A stretch of 64,000 nt of DNA, from NCBI RefSeq assembly GCF_001194135.2, contig NC_068992.1, forward strand, positions 22,561,985 through 22,625,984, given 5' to 3'. The position numbers and the translations under genes are program-made. This document shows, in pieces, positions 25,171 through 38,963 of this stretch; position 1 is the stretch's first letter; every line of letters starts with the position of its first letter. The notes beneath the pieces are model-generated. The model worked only from the letters and a program-made list of their open reading frames with translations. It had not been told where the DNA came from and ran no database searches. This stretch comes from Octopus bimaculoides. Lineage: Eukaryota.

Positions 25171-26724
25171 TAGTAGAAAGGAGTCAATATCTATTACTTT
25201 TCACACTGCTATTCTATTCCATAAAAATGTAGTCAATTCATTTTTTCCTCAGTTTATTGTATACAGTTCTCAAAGTTGGGAAAGTTTTAGCACTTATTTC
25301 TACATCATATACAGCGATGGCCCCCTGGTTAAGAGACACGTTGTATAATTACGTGGTTTCGGGTTCACTTCTATTGCCCGCCACGTTAGACAAGTAACTT
25401 CTACTGAGCTCCGGATCAACCAGTACATTGCGAGTGGTTTTGATAGTTGGAAACTGAGCGGAGGGCCGTCTTGTACATATATATATGTATATATACACAT
25501 ATATATATATATACACACACACATGCACACATATATATATATATATACACACACATATATACACAGAGAGAGAAAGGAAGGGAGAAAGAAAACGAGATAA
25601 AGAGGGGAGAGAGAGAGGGTGTTCATATCTAGAAATAAATGTACACTATGCTGAATGTCATGATTAGATTTAATTCACTAAGTTATTACAGAATTTTATC
25701 AGGTTTTCAAGATGCTACGCTACGTGAGTGTCGGTTTTTTTATTTTTACTTGTAACAGTTTGACAAAGCAACAAAAGCATTAATTTCCATCTAACAAAAA
25801 TGTAGATACTGACGAACGCACACATGCGCATGAATGCTTGAGGATGGCGCAGTTTAAGAGTTAGAGAAGGAGAAAATGAGGGAGACACACAGAGACAGAC
25901 AGGGTGAGAGAATGAAAAAGAGAGAGAGGGAAAAAAATAGACATAAAAATAGATATATGGGAAGAAAGACTGACGCATTAGTAGTGTTACATAGGTAGGT
26001 AGATAGAAATGAAGACAAATTGCTAGGCAGGTAGAGAGAATATATATATGCTTACATTAAACATATACATATGTTACATCTTGTGTGTAGTACAGGCATT
26101 AATAGTGATATGCAGACGCATAAATAGGTAAAGAGATTGAACGGGTAGATGGCTAGAAAGTAATAGATAATATAGACTTACAAGATGGGGAAGTATATGT
26201 GTAGGCAGAAATATTCTTTTCTACTCTAGGCACAAGGACCGAAATTTTGGAGGAGGTGAGAACAGTCGATTAGATCGACCCAAGTACTTAATTTATCGAA
26301 CCCAAAAAGATGAAAGGCAGAGTCGATCACAGCGGAATTTTAACTCAGACGAAATACTGCTAAGCATTTCGCCCAGCGTGCTAACATTTTTTCATTTCTT
26401 TATTGCCCACAAAAGGGCTAAACATAGAGGGGACAAACAAAGACAGGCAAAGGGATTAAGTCGATTACATCGACTCCAGTGCGTAACTGGTACTTAATTT
26501 ATCGACCTCGAAGTGAGGAAAGGCGAAGTCGACCTCACCGGAATGTATGTATATATATTCATATATATAAATATATATATATATATACAAATATATATAN
26601 NNNNNNNNNNNNNNNNNNNNNNNNNNNNNNNNNNNNNNNNNNNNNNNNNNNNNNNNNNNNNNNNNNNNNNNNNNNNNNNNNNNNNNNNNNNNNNNNNNNN
26701 NNNNNNNNATATATATATATATAT

Positions 26725-26910
26725 ACTAGTATTTCAAAGGATCAGCCTCGTGACATTCTGTGTCACACTGAATCGCTCTCAGAACTATGTTAAAGGTTTC
26801 GCGTGTCTTTTAGAGTCTTCATTCACTTGCATGTTAATTACAAGGGATGACGTTTTCGTTGATCGGATCAACTACAATCCTCATCTCCTTAACCAACAGA
26901 GTGTCAGTTA
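26725..26910 (+). mobile_element. Interspersed repeat tail (GATCGGATCAACT...GTCGTAA.CGAC family)
   Basis: Homologous to 57190-57325 and to a short piece at 30584-30626. Confidence 0.65.
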
Positions 26911-28464
26911 AGTTAACATATAGATACTTATATTAATAAATTTCAGGGTAGTAAAAAACAATTAGTAATTCCTTTTGCTACCAGTGGTCTAGCGCGAAGA
27001 AAAACTAGTCAATAGACTATATATTATTCATATAAATACATACAATGTACATATTTAATACATAAGAGATGTCCATAATAGGACATCTAACCCGCTACAA
27101 GGAGCAGTCAAACTCCAATCCACAAATAGGGATAATTTCGGAAGGGAATGAAAAATAAAAACATTTACCATCTATTTGCTGTACCATGGATTCAAGCTAT
27201 TTTCAGCAAAATAAAATATCATCAGCAGGAAAACCAAGATTAACATTTAAATATGAGGCAATGCATAGAACATGCCTCGTGCTTATATGTTATACATTTT
27301 GATATCTACCGCGTATATGCGGTTTTCTTATCGGCAGCAAGTACAAAAAATGCCGATGGAAAATGTTTTTATTTTTCATTCCCTTCCGAAATTATTCTTA
27401 TTTGTGGTTTGAAGTTTGACTGCTCCTATTATGGACATCTCTAATGCGTTTAAATGTACACTGTATGTGTTTATAGACACTTATATATAGATTGGTAGAA
27501 AACACACCAAATTATATTACTGCATACATATATAAAGCACATCGTAGGTAAATCTATTGGTAAAGTTTAGTTTAATTTTAAACCAGTAAATTGAAAAAAA
27601 ACGAATAGCTTGTAATTTAAACAACTGATAGTTTAGAATTTCGAAGTGAAGTAAAAGATTCTTCCCCATTCAGATTATGAGAACTTTACTTATAGATCAG
27701 CTATGTGTTTTGCCAATAATTCCTATACATTCCGTTTATTCTTCAGATAATAAACTCGGAATCATAGTGTAAAATGTTCTGCTTAAGAGCATAAACAATG
27801 CCCATGAGTAGATCTGATCCAATGAAATATTCTCGGAGGTTATTGAAATTTTAATGTATTTCTTATAATCAGACTAATGCAATATATTTCATGTTATTGT
27901 ATACTTATTTTCACCCTGTATTTTATATTTGCATGTAGTTAGGTTATTTCTATGCATTATTCATATTCAATGCCACATTACACATTTTTCGTCTTTGAAA
28001 TTGCCAAAAGTAATATATTTAGATGAATTTCCTACTGCCAATATGCATATCTATTCTGTGTATTTATTATCTGTTATTTGTTTCGTATGTTTTGCATCTC
28101 ATATCTAATTTCAATGTAAACTATCTAAGTACATGTAATCAATTGCCTCTCATTTGAATTTTTCAACCTACTTAATACTTGCTGTTGTTTTCGTTGTTGT
28201 TGTTGTTGTTGTTACAATACTTATATCTTTGCTAATAAACTTCAAACTTAACAAAGGAAAATTTCTAAAAAATTTAAAATTACTGAGATATATCTAAAAA
28301 AAAAGCTCGCTCTTTAAAATTGTTCACTGAAAAAGAAAAGCAAACCAGTAAAAAAAAAAGGAAAGAAAAGACTGTAGCAAAAATATTAAATTGAAATTTT
28401 AGAATCAGATTTTATTAGATTTCAATTTTTTTTTTCAAAAAATATAATTTCTACGATGATAGAA

Positions 28465-28615
28465 TTCCATAAATGATGTTGATGATGACGACGACGACGG
28501 CGACGACGACGATGTTGATAATGATGATGCTGATGCTGATGATGATGATGTCGGGAATGATGATGTTCGAGGTGATGATCATGGCGATGATGCCTGTTCT
28601 TGATGATGACGATAC
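28465..28615 (+). repeat. Degenerate (GAT/GAC)n microsatellite
   Basis: Read directly from the sequence. Confidence 0.9.
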
Positions 28616-29927
28616 TTATATAGGAACAATGAAGGAAAAGTAAACCACTGTTTAACCCTAACCCTCACCCTTCTCAACATCAATAGCAACTCTCAATAAT
28701 GAATCATTGTAAATTCTAATGCTGTGAGTTAAGCAATTTCTCTTTTATTTTTTCTCTGTTTTTTTTTAGCGAAACCTTTTGCACAGCTAATTTACAAACT
28801 AGTTATATCTTGTTTATTTTTTGTCTGTAGTATTGTATAAAATAATTCCAAAATAACACTAACATCTCTACCAACAATCGACAGAAACATCATCCATTGA
28901 AAATAAGAAATCTATAACGCTAGACAGCTTAAAAGAATTCGAAATTTAGCTCCAAACCTAATCTATATGTGTACACAAATTGCAATGTATTCATGATATT
29001 TTTTATTCTCTTTTGCTTAATTTCTATTTGAATTTATGAACGGCCAATATATTATAATAAAAAAGACCCCCAACTACATTTTACACATCATGAATGTAAT
29101 AAATATCTGACAATAGAACCTAAAGCCACAACTAATTATGTAACTTTTGCATTGTTTCACATCCACACATTTTTTTATAAAATCATTCGTTAGGCGTTAT
29201 ATACAAATCTGAATAGCTTCTGTTGGAATGGTCGTTTTTTTTTCCAGTTGAGTGCTGTTTCTATTACTAACTAATTAACCGCAAATTAGGTCTGGTAAAG
29301 AGAATAAACTGACGGAGGTAGAGTGATGTATCTTTACCTAAGATAACAAGGTTAAACGGTATCAAATCTATTTAAATTGCCCCCAGCCAGTTTTCCAAGT
29401 TAATTTAACCAACAATGAGATCTTCTATACGTTATAGATCTAATACTATCTCTTTCAAATAAAAAAATAAAGAAAATAAAAATATTGATTACGATCCTAC
29501 GTTGTTGTGGCAACGTATGTTGAGAGGAAATAGCATCGATTTTGATATTCATGCTATTGTTGGTTAGCCTCTTTCCATTACACGAAGGTTCATACAGTTA
29601 AATATATTCTACTTGTGACCATCACGACTTTTATTTGCAGAGAATCATTTTGCACTGTGTTATCAAATATTCTCAGTGACTTGCATTAGGGTCGATTCTA
29701 GGATTTCTAACATTTTCTATGAATTTAGTATATGAAGAATACCATAATAAAATGGGTAAAAGGAACACAATAGTCTACATTTTTATAATATAAAATCTAT
29801 AAGTGAATTCTAAAACGATATAAAATTTTGATGGGGCTGTCCTTCTGGGTCACGACACTTAGGAAGGGTTGACACTAATTTCTTTAACATTACGTGTTTG
29901 AGAAGAAGAAAATTCTTTCCTGTACAG

Positions 29928-30281
29928 GTCTCTGGGTTATGGCCAGTAGCTTTTACTGCCAATGAAACTCGTCTTTGCATTGCAACACAATAAAATTCCA
30001 TTGTATTGCCTCATCATTGAGCAATAAATTTAACTTCCTGGCAACTTCGGATTTGGTAGAGTTGAGCATGTGTAGGGCTAAATATTTAGGCAATAGGGAG
30101 AATGTAGTATTCATTAATAAAACCATCCCTACTATCGCCTAAGTTAGATCGGTTGATTTTCATTATCCCTAGCTCAGTCCAGGCGAAAAAGACATATGAT
30201 CAATGAATTTGCGGTCATGAAAACCTCCCTTTTTCTCTTAAAAACCTGGTGTGATATAGGGAATATTTGGTAGCATTAGTG
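29928..30281 (+). pseudogene. Decayed exon, second half of a MAM domain (copy C)
   Basis: Acceptor TTCTTTCCTGTACAG and donor GTAAGT (30282). Frames give GLWVMASS, LGNRENVV, VRSVDF and GEKDI/INEFAV (GDIAIDD-like). Confidence 0.45.
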
Positions 30282-30449
30282 GTAAGTAAAGGGAATTTAG
30301 AAGTTACATAATCATAAGATACTTCATTCCTGATGTCAATCGTTAGCAGGTCGGATAAATAAGGTCTATCATCATTTTCTTTTTTTTTCTTTGGGCTTTG
30401 AGTTGTGTGCTGATGTTCTCCGAAAGAGTGATACATTTATTTATTGCAG

Positions 30450-31148
30450 GTTCCTTTCATTGCATTAGGAAATGAGCTTCAACTAACATGAAGGACCAAT
30501 CAACAAAATTGTACAACCTATCGCATCTTCTACCAGTTTTATATCTGAATCCACACACATGCAGAGATCAAATGCAATTACAAATCGTATCAACTGGAAC
30601 CCGCGTTGTCGTAAGCGACGGACTACAAGCTAGCTAACTAGCCAGAGTAACTCCATCTTCCCCATTGTCATGTATACTCTCTTCTCGCACACTGATGTAT
30701 TACAAAAACCGTACTCTTTGATAATCATTCAAATTGCATGGGTTCGCTCACACTATACCGTGTGGTAGACTCTCATAAGGAAGAAACACTCAAAATGTGA
30801 CTGTTTAATCAACCAGGAAGTTTTGAAAATGAGTGACAGGGAGGAGGACAATACTTTGTAACTTTGTCTTTGCAGCAACTCCAGCACGAGTGGCAACGAT
30901 AATGTAAATATTTCTATTGACCAGCTAAAATTCGATGACTGCAGACCTGGTTCTGGTAAAAGATATTGAGAGATGTACCTTTTGAAAATTCTACAGGTAA
31001 CATATTTCGATGTCTCACATATAACAAATGTGAACGTGGCTTTGTTATCTATCAAGGGTATTCATCATAGAAGTGATCAGTTAAGGGATTCCAATACTAG
31101 CAGAATACAGAATGTAGTGCGGCTAGCAGCAGAAAATCAAATATAAAG
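30450..31148 (+). pseudogene. Decayed exon: LDLa-like start, MAM domain, start of the next MAM domain (copy C)
   Basis: Acceptor TTATTGCAG and donor AAG|GTAAGA. Frames give SFHC, CMGSLTLY (30735-30758), TGA at two expected Trp sites (30798, 30834), VFAA, NISIDQLKFDDC (30907-30942), then RCTF/ENS (C.FE start of a MAM domain). Confidence 0.6.
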
Positions 31149-32727
31149 GTAAGAAATCTATTTTGAATGAATAATATTTATGGGTAAAAGTTGTACTTGT
31201 TTAACTTTACTTCCCTTATGAAATAAACCTACTGTTAAGACATTTCCAACCAGGCCATTCGATCTAAATTTCAGACCTTGATATATAATTCATTATGCAG
31301 CATGGTCTTTCTTTTAAGGTAGCGGGGTGTAATTTCAAGTAGATTTCATTGATATTTGAAGTAGATCAAGCGTCCATGCAAAGGTCCTTGTTTCCTTATT
31401 GTATCCCCGCTAGGAGAACACGGCAAGCAACATCAATTCTGTTTGAAAATGTCTAATGTTTGTATAGAATTTCTTCGATAGTATACAAAAACGAATAAGA
31501 ACACGAATGTTTGAGACTGAATGTGGAAAATTCATTGTAAGAGTAGCATGAAATATATTAACAAAGGTTCAACATAATAATATATATATGTTACTGTTTG
31601 AGGTTATCAAATTCATTGAGCCTGATAGAATAAATTCTAACATCACAGGAAGTACACTCAAAAATGTATGAGTTGAGTTCCTTTGGTAAACGTAAGATGG
31701 TAAGAAGATAAAAATTCGATTGTTTGGCATGCTAGTGATGGCATGGATAAAGCAAAAAAGTGTAACTAATGCAATTTGACAGTGAAAAATAATAAAAAAG
31801 ATATTGCAATCTTGATAAAGCCAACAGAAAAGTGGCTTAATAAGCAACTATTCTAATTTTTTCTTAAACTGAAAATTGCATAATCACAAATTTACACACA
31901 CACCCGCACACACGCACATTCAAGAAGAGTAGATAAAATGAACATAGAAAAATAATTGAGAACCGAATTTGCTTGGAAAATAGAAAGCGGATTAAGGATA
32001 GATATTTACTTGATCTGAAATGGCTCTCAAAAGTAGTGCGCGACAAAATACAAATAAATTGCCACTCTAGCATTTGTCTACATAAACGTGTTTCTTTTTA
32101 CACAAACATATTACGCATTTCTGATGTGCAGGTATTATTTAATTCTACTTTTAGAGACTCTTCCGTATCCATGGATAACAGTTTCCAGCATAAAATATAA
32201 TTCACATTCACTGCTGATGGAACTGTCTTTGTTTCTTTTTATTTATACCGAGGTTACCAGGTTCACTAAATCTACTGATGCATTTGGCTAGAATCTCATT
32301 GGCATGTGAATTGCAAGTCTTTCTTAAAGCTCCCAGTAAAGGATAAAAATCTATAGCTTTATGTTTGGACTCAAAAGTTTAACCGTAATATAACTGCTTT
32401 TCTAAAAGCATATCCAGTCAAAATTAAGATTTTTAAACATAGAATCCTCTCAGCAAAAATTTTCGCTTTTTGTCAATTTGCTGCTAGTTATTTTCTCTGA
32501 TTTAAAAATGTAATCTGCGTGTATAGTGTAGTGTCCTTTACTGTTAGTAATTCACATAGTTATCAAGTGACCATTGTTCAATCAAGCCTTTCCACGTTTA
32601 TTACCAAAACTAAAATCTTTGCATTCTGCTGCACACTTCTTACAGATTTTCTAAGACAACATAGCTAAGCATATATTTAACATTGAGCCGTTTGCTGATA
32701 AATTATGGGTTTATATATTTGTTGCAG

Positions 32728-33049
32728 GTGTGATGTCGTATCGTCCAGTATTTATACTTGCAACACTTTGAGATAAATCGTGAGATAATTCATTCGCCTT
32801 GCATTTATGGGTATTACGTGTAGAGCAAGTACAGAAATTATGAACTCGAGGCTACTGTATAATTGCAAAGAGTGTTTTAATTTTGTCAGCAGTACGTAAT
32901 AACAAGTAGATTTTGGCATTCAGTTAATCAATCTTTCTAATTAGATATACAATATTATAATGATATTTGCATGTTGTGTAAAACGGAGAGTTGGCGGAGA
33001 GCATCGAGGCTAGAAATAAATCGTGGGTGGTTGATTGATGGATTTTTTA
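32728..33049 (+). pseudogene. Decayed exon, second half of a MAM domain (copy C)
   Basis: Acceptor TTTGTTGCAG and donor GTAAGT (33050). Frames give QYLYL...IIHSPC, FWHSVNQS, YLHVV and WVVD*WIF. Confidence 0.4.
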
Positions 33050-33797
33050 GTAAGTCAAACAAGGAGACGAGAGGCATCTGATCATTCAAGGTCTTGCTAA
33101 TGGTGATACGGAGTGATACTTCGACTGAAACGGTATCTCGGTCCCATCAACGCCAAAAAATAGCAGATTGAGTGGAGCATGTACTAAAGTCAACTAACCC
33201 CAGGAAGGACAGAAAACGTCCATCAGAAAGGCGGTAAGCTGGCAGAATCGTTAGAATGTCAGACACGATGCTTAGCGGCATATCGTCCGTATTTACGTTC
33301 TGAGGGAGTTCAAATTACACCGATATTCACTTTGCTTTTAACCCTTCGGGATCGATAAAATAAGTACCAGTTGAGCAGTGGGACAAATTTAATCGACTTG
33401 TGCCAAAATTTCAAACAAAAATGTTGTTTTTTTCCATGTCATATATAATAAACATTCTTATATATTACATCAAGCATTATATAATTACATCGAGCATTTT
33501 ATTTTTTTTACCGAGTGTGAATGCACTATAAAGGCAAAGTCGACCTCTGCGTTTAAAGACCCATAACGTAAGGGCAGACGAAATGCTGCTCAAAATTTCG
33601 TGCTAACGATTCTTCTTACCTTCCACTCTAACTACTTATCATAATATTAATATTAAATATATGGTATAAATAATTCTCTTTGAACACACCTTTGTTCACA
33701 CATGTTCCATTCAAGGCTATCCCATAATCTTCAGGCGTAGCGGTATCTACGCCAACACTGTAGAACGTGTATTTTCTTTTAAATTAGCAGATAGGCT

Positions 33798-33836
33798 CGA
33801 GTGACGTAGCCGAGTGACGTAGCCGAGTGACGTTGC
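33798..33836 (+). repeat. Three tandem copies of 13-bp CGAGTGACGTAGC
   Basis: Units start at 33798, 33811 and 33824; the third has one mismatch. Confidence 0.95.
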
Positions 33837-34356
33837 TTTCTTGTGGCTGCTTTATCAAAAAGATGTTGAAGAAATTATTGTTTGTTGTTTATTTATCGAA
33901 GCCGTCAAATAGTGTGATGAGGATGCATACATAAATGCATACACACCTACACACAAAGGACGGACGCTTGCACGCACACACACACATACACACACAAACC
34001 CTCAGATGTGCATACCCATTGGTACACTGAGATCATCTGTTTGTCTGGAACCGAATACGTAAAAATATTTCTGTTAAAATTAGGTGATTTTCGTTAAAGG
34101 ACATTTTTGATATAATACATTTTCATAAGCAATTATATTTTAAATTAAAACATTGTATGTGCTTTCCATCAGAAAATTCAAGCAAAGTCTATTCATTCAA
34201 ATGTCACTAATGTCACGATGTCACGATGTCACTAATTATTTTATCCTTGTGTATAATTACCTTTCTTAAAATCCGGATAAATATTACATGTAGGTAAACA
34301 TACTTTCAGATTTATAAATGCCACAGCAAGTTGTGTTATTTGACTGAGATATACAG

Positions 34357-34680
34357 ACGTCGTTGCTTTATAACTTACGGAAGCCAACCCTCCACAACGT
34401 TCAGGGCTTCGTTTTACTTCTCACTCTAGGGAAACTCGGGTGTGTGGATGTTTCGACTCTTCTGTGTCTTTAATGCTGTCCCAGTGGTGATGTCAGTGTT
34501 GATGAGGATTGACTAGCAAATGATTTGAGGTTGCACTATGAATGTTGTGCAATTATTGTCTAAATTTTACTTAGCATTTGAAAATTCTTCATAAAATGTC
34601 ATACGTTCCAAAAGATGTCAATCGTTTTAAATGCCATGCGATTGTTTCACATTTATATTTCTATATCCTAAAATGAAATC
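34357..34680 (+). pseudogene. Decayed LDLa module plus MAM start (copy C)
   Basis: GCVDVSTLLCL*CCPSGDVSVDED (34438-34509) matches GC....CD..DC..G..DE. It is followed by FENS (34577) and DVNRFK. Confidence 0.55.
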
Positions 34681-35736
34681 CCATTCACTTAAAGTTATCT
34701 AGCAACTGTCACAATATTGAGAAAGAATTATTTTCAACAGAAATTACATAGAAAACATATCATGTCTATATATTTGTTGTTATTAGAGGTCTTGCTTTTA
34801 AAGAAGTCGTATCTTCAAATATTTAGTAATCCTTAGTATAACAGAAATAGAAAATTATTTGAAGATTTTCTTGTTTAAAACTTTAAATTGTATGTTTCCT
34901 AAAATTTCAGGTATTTTGCCTTATGAATCGAAGTGTTAATTTTTATAAAATTATAAAATGCAAAATCACAGTCCAATCCCGAGAGCATAAAACATGAATA
35001 TTTTGTGATATGGACAATTTAAAGGTGAAACAATTTGAGAATAAATTATTTTCGATATTTCATTGAATTTGAAAAAAACATATCCTGACTTTTCAATAAC
35101 AAGGCTTTATGATATAAAATTTGATATCGACAGTATTCCAAGTATATACTAGATCTATGTCCCTCCTTTTCTCTCTCTCTCTCTCACTCTCTCTCTCTCT
35201 CTCTCTCTGTCTTTCTCACACGCAAACTCACACTCATTCTCCTTTTGTGAGTGTATGTAAGTTTGAGACAGAGCGACACGAAGAGACAGGACTAAGAGAA
35301 AGAGGGATAAACAGAGAGAAGAGATAGTGACAAAGAGACAGAAAGTGTGACAAAGGCACAGAGATGAAAAATCGAGAGTTAAGAAAAAATGTAGGGAAAA
35401 GGGAGGCAAGGAAAGAGAGAGAAAGTTTAAAAGGTGAAAAGTAGTTTAACTTCAGAAACTGATAAGGTTTAAAATATAACACCAACATCGCTATCCCCAC
35501 TCAGAAACGTCCTCATTAGAGGTTAATCTCTGTGTCTCTATCCTTCCCTCAAATCTGGCTTATCTCTGATTTTTCTTTGTTTAATTCATGAACGAATCAA
35601 TAAATCTTCATGCGAAATTTGGAAATACTTACCTACCTACGTACGTACGTACATATGTATGTATGTATGTATCTATCTATCTATCTATCGATCGATCTGT
35701 CTCTCTGTCTGCTGCCTTTCTCCAGCTCTCTATTTA

Positions 35737-35771
<35 letters not shown>

Positions 35772-35792
35772 GTCTCTTTCTCTCTCTCTCTC

Positions 35793-35860
<68 letters not shown>

Positions 35861-36320
35861 CATATTGCCCGGCGTGCTAACGATTTTGCCAGCTCGTTGC
35901 TTCCTTTCCGCTGTATATATTCTTTTCTATTCTAGGCAGAAGGCCCGGGATTTTGGGGGAGGGGGATATGTTTCACTACTTTACCAAACCAATACATTCA
36001 CTGCGTAAGGAATATTTTGCTATAAATTGTGTTTTACACACGAACATACAACAGTTATATATTTTTGTATGTATGTACCTACGAATCTCCTTGCGTATGT
36101 ATGTATGTATGTATGTATGTATGCATGCATGCATGCATGCATGTATGTATGTATGTATGTATGTATGTATTTATGTATTTATGTGAGTGTGCATGGGAGC
36201 GTGTGCATACGTGCGTGTTTGTGTATGCATGGATGCATGTATGTAAAACTATAGGTATATATGGGTGTGTATTTGTGTGTGTATACCAACGTTTCGTTTA
36301 ATCATTATTATATTTGCTCA

Positions 36321-36580
36321 GGAGCTTTACTTGTAACATGATTCATGAAGTATTTATTTCCTATTTTGCATCTGGAGACATGATTATACAAGTTTTCTGC
36401 TAACATAATCATGGATTACAGAACAGAGGCAATGAATTAATATTTTCTGTGTGTACATATATCTTTATGAATCATTTTAAATGTCACACAGTTTCAGCCT
36501 AAGTAAAATAAATGCGTTTACAAACATAAAATATTTAAATTTCATGTATATTTTCTTATATGAATATATAGATAGTTTTT
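36321..36580 (+). pseudogene. Possible decayed second half of a MAM domain
   Basis: Acceptor TTTGCTCAG; ...L*IILNV...NKC...FKFHVYF has weak MAM-like spacing. Confidence 0.25.
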
Positions 36581-37439
36581 TTTTTAGCTTTGTTTTATAA
36601 CATTACGATTCATTTGCTTTCATTTTATACATGATTCAATGGTGGAATACATGAAATTAATTGCGTGAATTTACTCCTTTGCATATCATTAGGGAAATAA
36701 ATCTATCTTTTATTTTTCTAAGTTTTATATTACGAGCGTTTCATGTAATTGCATCCTCTAACAGTCAAGCATTAAGCGATACTTATACTTCCATGTAGAT
36801 ATATAACGAGTGAATAGTATGCAGTTGTTAAGCCCATGTTACAACATTTGTTACACAGTTTGATACTGTATCGAGAAAGTCAGTATTCCTGGATAATAAC
36901 CATCAGTTATAAGAATGTTTATTTTCCTTTATGCTTCTAAAACCCTCAGGCTTATGAAATCAAGAAATGATTATTATATAATCCTTCAGACTGGCAGCAA
37001 TAACATTTAATGTATAAGATGGTATGAAGCCAAACTGAAATGTCAAGCAGCTTATAGTCGAACCTAAGCTCAAGGATATAGTTAAAGGCTTTTGATATCT
37101 ATTCTGCAAATTACGCTCTGTGAATTGGAGCATTACCCGTGTTTTAACAACGTTGTGAAAAATCGAATACTAATTATTCACTGCTTTATTAGGTAACATT
37201 ACGTAAATTCGTATGTTTATCCATCAGCCATTTCCTCTGGGAAAGTTCTACCAAGTAGACTAGTGTAGTGATATTTTAAACTATTCATTCCTTTTGGTTT
37301 ACTAAATATTACACTGCGTAATATCTACCGCCTATACGTTTGGCACATAGACGAAACTTCAGGATACACGAGATGAGCGAATAACTGTTTCTTTTCGTAA
37401 GTGGGACCTAGTTAATTTTCTGTGATCGATATGATGGAC

Positions 37440-37529
<90 letters not shown>

Positions 37530-37800
37530 ACACACACACACATACACACACACAAACACGTACACGTACACACACATACACACACACCTAAATATACACA
37601 CAAACGCACACATAAACACACATGCACACACACTCACCCAAACACACACAGACATACTCACACAAAAATAAACACACAAACACACTTACACACACAAACA
37701 CACACAGAGTCACACACACAGAGTCACACACACATACATTCACACAGTCACACACACATGCACACAAATACAAACACATAAACACACACATACACTCACA
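37440..37800 (+). repeat. (CA)n microsatellite and degenerate CA-rich tract
   Basis: Read directly from the sequence. Confidence 0.95.
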
Positions 37801-37997
37801 TATATAGTCAATAGATGAGATTCAGAGAAGTTCAATATGCAGGAGACATAGCAAAGTTTAAATAATTTAAACTTGCATTCCAGAGTCTTTACCAAGAAGC
37901 GAGTTCGTTGGGTAAAATGTGACTACAAGACGAATCCAAATGAGCGGATGTGGAGATAGAGCCACAGATGAACACGAACAAAATATACATACATACA

Positions 37998-38230
37998 TAC
38001 ATGATATGATGGCCGTCCACTCGTGACCGAGGAGGACCATTGCCGACCTTCAGGAACATTGTGCGCTCTAGGACTAAATGATATTGTGCATTTGTGGCTC
38101 CGTTGGTGGCTAATGAGCCCTACTCTTGACAGGCATACACCGCAGCAAACGTTGCAGACCAAGCTTTCCCCATTCACTACACTACACCGTGCACTTTCGC
38201 GCAGATCGCTTAAGTTGTTCATGCTAGATA
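37998..38230 (-). mobile_element. RTE (BovB-like) LINE 3' end
   Basis: LVCNVCCGVCLSRVGLISHQRSH is the terminal C2H2-like motif of RTE ORF2. A short 3' UTR runs into (ATGT)n. Confidence 0.8.
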
Positions 38231-38346
38231 CATGCATACATACATACATACATACATACATACATACATACATACATGATATATATAGGAATGTATATAG
38301 AGAGAAACAAAAATTTAAAATATTTAGGAAATGAACACAAATAATA

Positions 38347-38529
38347 CAGTTCTGTATTGAAGAGATGAGGAATTATGTACATTATTTACATTATTTACCA
38401 TTTGACGGATATTTGTCATCTTGTTTGTTGTTAACACAACGTTTCGGTTGATATACCCTCCAGCCTTCATCAGGTGTCTTGGGGAAATTTCGAACCTGCG
38501 TTCTCATTCCTAAGGTATTTTTCAATGTG

Positions 38530-38530
<1 letters not shown>
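38347..38530 (-). mobile_element. Hammerhead-bearing SINE tail (inverted arm)
   Basis: Homologous to 5761-5960 and 6060-6222. Followed by (ATT)n and a + strand tRNA-like head. Confidence 0.8.
38433..38478 (-). ncRNA. Minimal type-I hammerhead ribozyme motif
   Basis: RNA GACAC-CUGAUGA-A-GGCUG(gagggUauau)CAACC-GAAACGUU-GUGUU. Helix I GACAC/GUGUU, intact CUGAUGA and GAAA core, helix II 4 of 5 paired, palindromic helix III AACGUU, cleavage triplet GUU. Confidence 0.75.
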
Positions 38531-38588
<58 letters not shown>

Positions 38589-38609
38589 CATTATTATTAT
38601 TATTATTCA

Positions 38610-38686
38610 GGCATATGGCGCAGTGGTTAAGAGCGCGGTTTACTAACCCCAACATTCCGAGTTCGATTCTAGGCAGTGGTCTGAAT
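38610..38686 (+). mobile_element. tRNA-derived SINE head
   Basis: GGCATATGGCGCAGTGGTTAAGAGCGCGG...GAGTTCGATTCTAGGC contains A-box and B-box-like motifs and is followed by (AAT)n. Confidence 0.8.
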
Positions 38687-38687
38687 A

Positions 38688-38718
<31 letters not shown>

Positions 38719-38963
38719 TGATAATAATAATAATAATAATAATAAGTGCTTAATTAATGTACAGAGAGAATCAAGAGAGTGAAATATAGAAAGCAAAAGA
38801 GAAATGGAAAGGAAAAGTTGCTAGCAAAGCTAAGAGGTAAATTTAAGGTTGCATCGGAATTAGAGGAATTATAGAGACTTTACATAATGGGCAAATGAAT
38901 AAAATTTGTGCGACATGAAAAATTTACATCAGAGAATCTATAGAGCAATGTGTACGCACTTAT

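Noticed and set aside
29810-30001. Minus ORF with AMQRRVSLAVKATG resembling a Tc1 C-terminus
   Set aside because: No other transposase motifs nearby, and the + strand has splice sites and MAM-like motifs.
30798-30836. TGA stops at two conserved Trp positions, suggesting rescue by A-to-I editing (UGA read as UGG)
   Set aside because: The same exon has several frameshifts that editing cannot repair, so ordinary G-to-A decay is enough.
38610-38686. Possible tRNA gene
   Set aside because: No convincing acceptor stem or T-run terminator. It is followed by (AAT)n and has a diverged copy at 5970-6030, so it is a SINE head.
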